Assembly (NCBI GenBank): GCA_035534315.1
Contig: DATLSD010000006.1
Coordinates: forward strand, 10,839-74,838
Origin: Elusimicrobiota bacterium
Lineage (GTDB): Bacteria > Elusimicrobiota > Elusimicrobia > UBA1565 > UBA9628
DNA: 64,000 nucleotides
Reading direction: 5' to 3'
The notes beneath the pieces were generated by a model. That model made no database searches. It worked only from the letters and a program-made list of their open reading frames with translations, and was not told where the DNA came from. Positions 60,633 through 64,000 of the stretch are shown here, piece by piece (position 1 is the first letter of the stretch; every line of letters begins with the position of its first letter). A program made the translations under genes and the position numbers.

Positions 60633-62408
60633 TTGATGGCCGATCTTGGTAAACTCAACGGGAAGGACCATCCCGTGCGATACGACCTAGCGCTCCTGCA
60701 TCCGCCAAGCGTCTACGACTTCCGGAAAATGAAGCAGTTCCGGGGGCCGATGAGCGACGTCATTCCCTCCAGCTCCATTTTCGACATGTACCCCGTGGGA
60801 TTTACCAGCATCGCGGGCTTCCTGGAGCGCTCGGCCCTGCGGGTCAAGATCGTCAACGTGGCGGCGCGGATGCTGCGCGACGCCAAGTTCGACGCCGAAA
60901 AGAAAATCCGCGGGCTCGACGCGCGCGCCTTCGGCGTGGGCCTGCATTGGCTGCCGCACGCCCAGGGCGCGCTCGAAATCGCCAAGCTGGTCAAGAAGCA
61001 TCACCCCGCCGCGCCGGTCATCTTCGGCGGCCTTTCCGCCACCTACTACCACCGCGAGCTCGCCGCTTATCCCTTCATCGATTTCGTCGTGCGCGGAGAT
61101 TCGACCGAAGAGCCCATGCTGCGGCTTATGGAGGAACTATGCTCCGGCCGCAAGAACTTTTCCGCCGTGCCCAGTTTGACCTGGAAGCGCGGCGGCGACA
61201 TCGTCGAGAACGCGATGGGAGAGGCGCCCGCGAATTTAAACGGCATCAACATCCCCGACTACCGCTACGCCGTGCGCTCGGTCATCAGGGACAAGAACCT
61301 CCTGGACGCGATGCCCTACCACGGCTGGCTCGATTACCCGGTCACGGCGCTTTTGACCGTGCGGGGCTGCACGCAAAACTGCTCCCTGTGCGGCGGCTCC
61401 CGTTCGGCCTACAAGCTCAACTGCGGCCGGCAGAAGCCCGCCATGCGCTCGCCGGAAAAGCTGGTTCAGGACATCGCGTTCATCCAGCGCTTCAGCCGCA
61501 CTCCCGTCTTCGTCATCGGGGACATCCGGCAAGGAGGAGAAGCTTACGTCGAGGAGTTTTTGACTCGCGTCGCCGCCTTGAAGCCCAAGAACGAGCTGGT
61601 CTTCGAGCTGTTCTGGAAGGCGGGCGACGAGTTCTTCTCGAAGATACAACGCCGCGTTCCCCGGTACAGCCTTGAGATCACGCTGGAAAGCGCGGACGAG
61701 GACATCCGCCGGGCCAACGGCAAGTTCGCCTGCTCCAATGAGGAATTCATCCGCTTGGCGCGCTCGGCCCTGGCGCACGGCTGCCGCAAGCTCGACGTCT
61801 TTTTCATGGTGGGCCTGCCGCGCCAGACCCGGGAAAGCGCCCTGAGAAACGTCGCCTTCTGCGAGGAAATCCACCGGGCCTGCGGCCTGGACCGGCGCCT
61901 CAACTATTTCATCGCGCCCCTGGCGCCCTTTTTAGATCCGGCCAGCCGCGCTTTCGAGCATCCCGAACAATTCGGCTACAAGCGCCTGGCGGCGAGCCTG
62001 GAGGATCATATCCGGCATTTCATGGCGCCCTCCTGGGAGTTCATCCTGAACTACGAGACCGACGCCATGAACCGCCGGCAGATCGTCGAGGCGATGTACG
62101 AGAGCTTCGAGAAATTAAACGACTTCAAGCTCGAGTGCGGCCTCATCGACGCCGAGACGCACCAAAAGCTTCTGGGCGAATCGCGCGCCTCGCTGGACCA
62201 TTTGGCGCGCGTGCGCGAGGCCGTGAACTCCGGCGCGGACTTGGAGCTTCTACCCGGCTTCTCGGACGCCGATTTGGAGACCACGCGCACGCATAAAGAG
62301 CTGCGCTGGAGAATCCGCCGCCGCTACGCCGGCGTTTTCTCGCTGGCGTGCTTGGGATTGGAAGTCTTTTTGGAGCAATGGCAGGCACGCACGCATGCAC
62401 GCTCGTAG
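60633..62408 (+). CDS. B12-binding domain radical SAM protein
   Basis: N-terminal B12-binding-like region followed by the CTQNCSLCGG CxxxCxxC radical SAM cluster. Confidence 0.75.
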   Translation: MMADLGKLNGKDHPVRYDLALLHPPSVYDFRKMKQFRGPMSDVIPSSSIFDMYPVGFTSIAGFLERSALRVKIVNVAARMLRDAKFDAEKKIRGLDARAFGVGLHWLPHAQGALEIAKLVKKHHPAAPVIFGGLSATYYHRELAAYPFIDFVVRGDSTEEPMLRLMEELCSGRKNFSAVPSLTWKRGGDIVENAMGEAPANLNGINIPDYRYAVRSVIRDKNLLDAMPYHGWLDYPVTALLTVRGCTQNCSLCGGSRSAYKLNCGRQKPAMRSPEKLVQDIAFIQRFSRTPVFVIGDIRQGGEAYVEEFLTRVAALKPKNELVFELFWKAGDEFFSKIQRRVPRYSLEITLESADEDIRRANGKFACSNEEFIRLARSALAHGCRKLDVFFMVGLPRQTRESALRNVAFCEEIHRACGLDRRLNYFIAPLAPFLDPASRAFEHPEQFGYKRLAASLEDHIRHFMAPSWEFILNYETDAMNRRQIVEAMYESFEKLNDFKLECGLIDAETHQKLLGESRASLDHLARVREAVNSGADLELLPGFSDADLETTRTHKELRWRIRRRYAGVFSLACLGLEVFLEQWQARTHARS

Positions 62409-63723
62409 ATTTTTGATGAGAAAACCCCCACTCTGGGCCCTTGTCGTCGCGGCGGGCCTAATGGGCGCTTTTGCTTACGGCCAAGGCTCCGGTTATCCCT
62501 CGCTCGATTTTAACGGCTACCAAACCTCGCTGATCAAAGACCCTTTTGGCGGTCGCGTCGCGGTGGGATACGCCGTAAGCTCCGACCACAAGGGCGATAT
62601 CCTGATCGGCGGGGCCTTCTCCGACGCCGCCGGCGTCTATCACATGGCGGTGCTGCGCCTGGAGCGCGACGGCACGCTGGATCCTTTATTCGGCTCCGGC
62701 GGCGGCGTCTATGCCGCGGCGGACCCGCCTGACTTGGGCACGGCCATGGCGGTCGACGGACGGGGGCGGGTGCTGGTCGCGGGCCTGCTGGGCGCCAGCT
62801 TCAATCAATCCGGCTTCGCGGTCCTGCGCCGATTCCTGCCTGACGGCAAACCGGACCCCTCTTTCGCCCGGGGCGCGCTGATCCGGGCCGCGGGCCCCTT
62901 CGGCGGCCACGCCGCGGCCTACGCCGTAGCCGTTCAAGGCCCGAGAATTCTTATCGCCGGAACGGTCAGCGGGCCCAAGGGGAGCGCCTGGGGCGCCGTC
63001 TGGCGCTTTTGGAACGGCGGACTGCCGGACGTCTCTTTCGGCCGCAATGGCGTCGTTCTTCTGCCCGCGCCTCCCGGCGCCCAAGCCCAAGTCCGCGCCC
63101 TGCTTCTCGGACCGGATCATTCCGTCTTGGCCGCCGGGAGCGTCGCCGGCCGGATGGCGCTGTGGAAAATTTCTGCGCAGGGGCACAGGGATAAGAGTTT
63201 CGGCATTAACGGCGTCGCGGTGGGCCTTCCGGGCCAAGCCCGAGGGCTGGCCGCGGACGCGAGCGGCGATTCTTGGCTGACTGGATTTCGGAATCAATAC
63301 AATCCCGTCGTTGCGGCGGTCGCGAGGCAATCCGCGGCCGTCGCCCTGTTCACGCCGAAGGGCGCCTCGGACGGAAATTTCTCCCGCTGGGGAACGGTCG
63401 CCTTGCCGACGCCCGAGCTCTTTTCCAACGCGCAGGCCTTCGCGATGGCGCCGGACCCTCACGGCGGCTTCTACGCCGCGGGCTACGCGCGCGGCCCCAG
63501 CAATCAAGCCTGCTTTTGGGCTTTCGATTCCAGCGGGCGCCTCATAACCGGCTTCGGCTCGAACGGCATCCTGGTCCTGCCCAACGCTCCAGGCGGCGTG
63601 GACGACCGCGCCTATGCCATCGCCTTTGATCGCAGCGGCAGGATTTTGGCGGCGGGATTAAGCCGTGACAAATCGGGCGAGATCCGACTGGCCCTTTGGC
63701 GCGTCCAGCCGGCGGGTTATTGA
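62395..63723 (+). CDS. Secreted delta-60 repeat (beta-propeller) protein
   Basis: Signal peptide plus at least 6 repeats of the ...G.LD.SFG.NG... type (e.g. DGTLDPLFGSGGGV, DGKPDPSFARGALI). Confidence 0.6.
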   Translation: MHARRFLMRKPPLWALVVAAGLMGAFAYGQGSGYPSLDFNGYQTSLIKDPFGGRVAVGYAVSSDHKGDILIGGAFSDAAGVYHMAVLRLERDGTLDPLFGSGGGVYAAADPPDLGTAMAVDGRGRVLVAGLLGASFNQSGFAVLRRFLPDGKPDPSFARGALIRAAGPFGGHAAAYAVAVQGPRILIAGTVSGPKGSAWGAVWRFWNGGLPDVSFGRNGVVLLPAPPGAQAQVRALLLGPDHSVLAAGSVAGRMALWKISAQGHRDKSFGINGVAVGLPGQARGLAADASGDSWLTGFRNQYNPVVAAVARQSAAVALFTPKGASDGNFSRWGTVALPTPELFSNAQAFAMAPDPHGGFYAAGYARGPSNQACFWAFDSSGRLITGFGSNGILVLPNAPGGVDDRAYAIAFDRSGRILAAGLSRDKSGEIRLALWRVQPAGY

Positions 63724-63832
63724 GGCTCGAGCCCAAACGCTTCCCCTCATAGCCAGGCGCTCTCCGATTCCATGCCCGCGTCGCCTGCAATCAGCGTCGC
63801 GCCCTCGTCTTCGATGTGGATTGCGCTCCGCT

Positions 63833-64000
63833 ACTCGCGCAGCCAGCGCCACGCCTCGGGGAGCTGCCCGCTTCGGAAGGTTTTAATCTCGCCGGAGATG
63901 AGCACGCCGGCAAGCTTGGCGCACAGGCGCTCCCAGGCCGGGCCGCCCACCATCGCGACCTTCTCGAAATCGCCCCGGTGCTTGACGTCCATGGCGGTAT
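63833..64000 (-). CDS. Partial CDS (C-terminal end), possibly a STAS/SpoIIAA-like domain protein
   Basis: Hand-translated C-terminus ...VKHRGDFEKVAMVGGPAWERLCAKLAGVLISGEIKTFRSGQLPEAWRWLRE, with a stop near 63833. The gene continues beyond the window. Confidence 0.25.

Overview
This is a ~70% GC bacterial window with no rRNA, tRNA or CRISPR. It contains an NHLP-leader class II lanthipeptide cluster, a kdp operon, a DabA carbon module, a CysO-dependent cysteine pathway and assorted housekeeping genes.

The most novel region is a minus-strand RiPP cluster (919..12554). It has two NHLP (nitrile-hydratase-leader) precursors with nearly identical leaders ending in VAGG and different Cys/Ser/Thr-rich cores. 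A single LanM-type lanthipeptide synthetase carries a ProcM-like CCG zinc motif. Three translationally coupled tailoring candidates follow: a JmjC/cupin hydroxylase, a possible UPF0489-like protein and a GNAT acetyltransferase. Export is by HlyD plus a C39-peptidase ABC transporter. A partial second ABC-type gene begins with a cNMP-binding-like domain, and a standalone paralog of that domain is fused to a leader-like C-terminus. A pentameric ligand-gated ion channel sits in the same operon.

Other content:
- kdpFABC-kdpDE, with an extra RBS-bearing micropeptide coupled to kdpF, two ptsN-like EIIA genes and an upstream porin; a possible sigma-54 promoter precedes the divergent hypothetical gene next to ptsN.
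- A stand-alone FMN adenylyltransferase behind an AT-rich extended -10 promoter that looks leaderless.
- DabA (DUF2309) followed by two NuoL/MrpD-like subunits.
- A multicopper oxidase with a CopB-like outer-membrane extension.
- glpK flanked by secreted glycoside hydrolases.
- A redox gene group (AKR, two SDRs, Rrf2, FAD oxidoreductase).
- A lower-GC membrane Mrr-like nuclease.
- cysM-mec-cysO-moeZ, with CysO fused in-frame to MoeZ.
- Housekeeping genes including porins, a ClC channel, malic enzyme, a B12-radical SAM enzyme and a delta-60 repeat protein.

Coordinates I derived by hand may be off by 1-2 nt.
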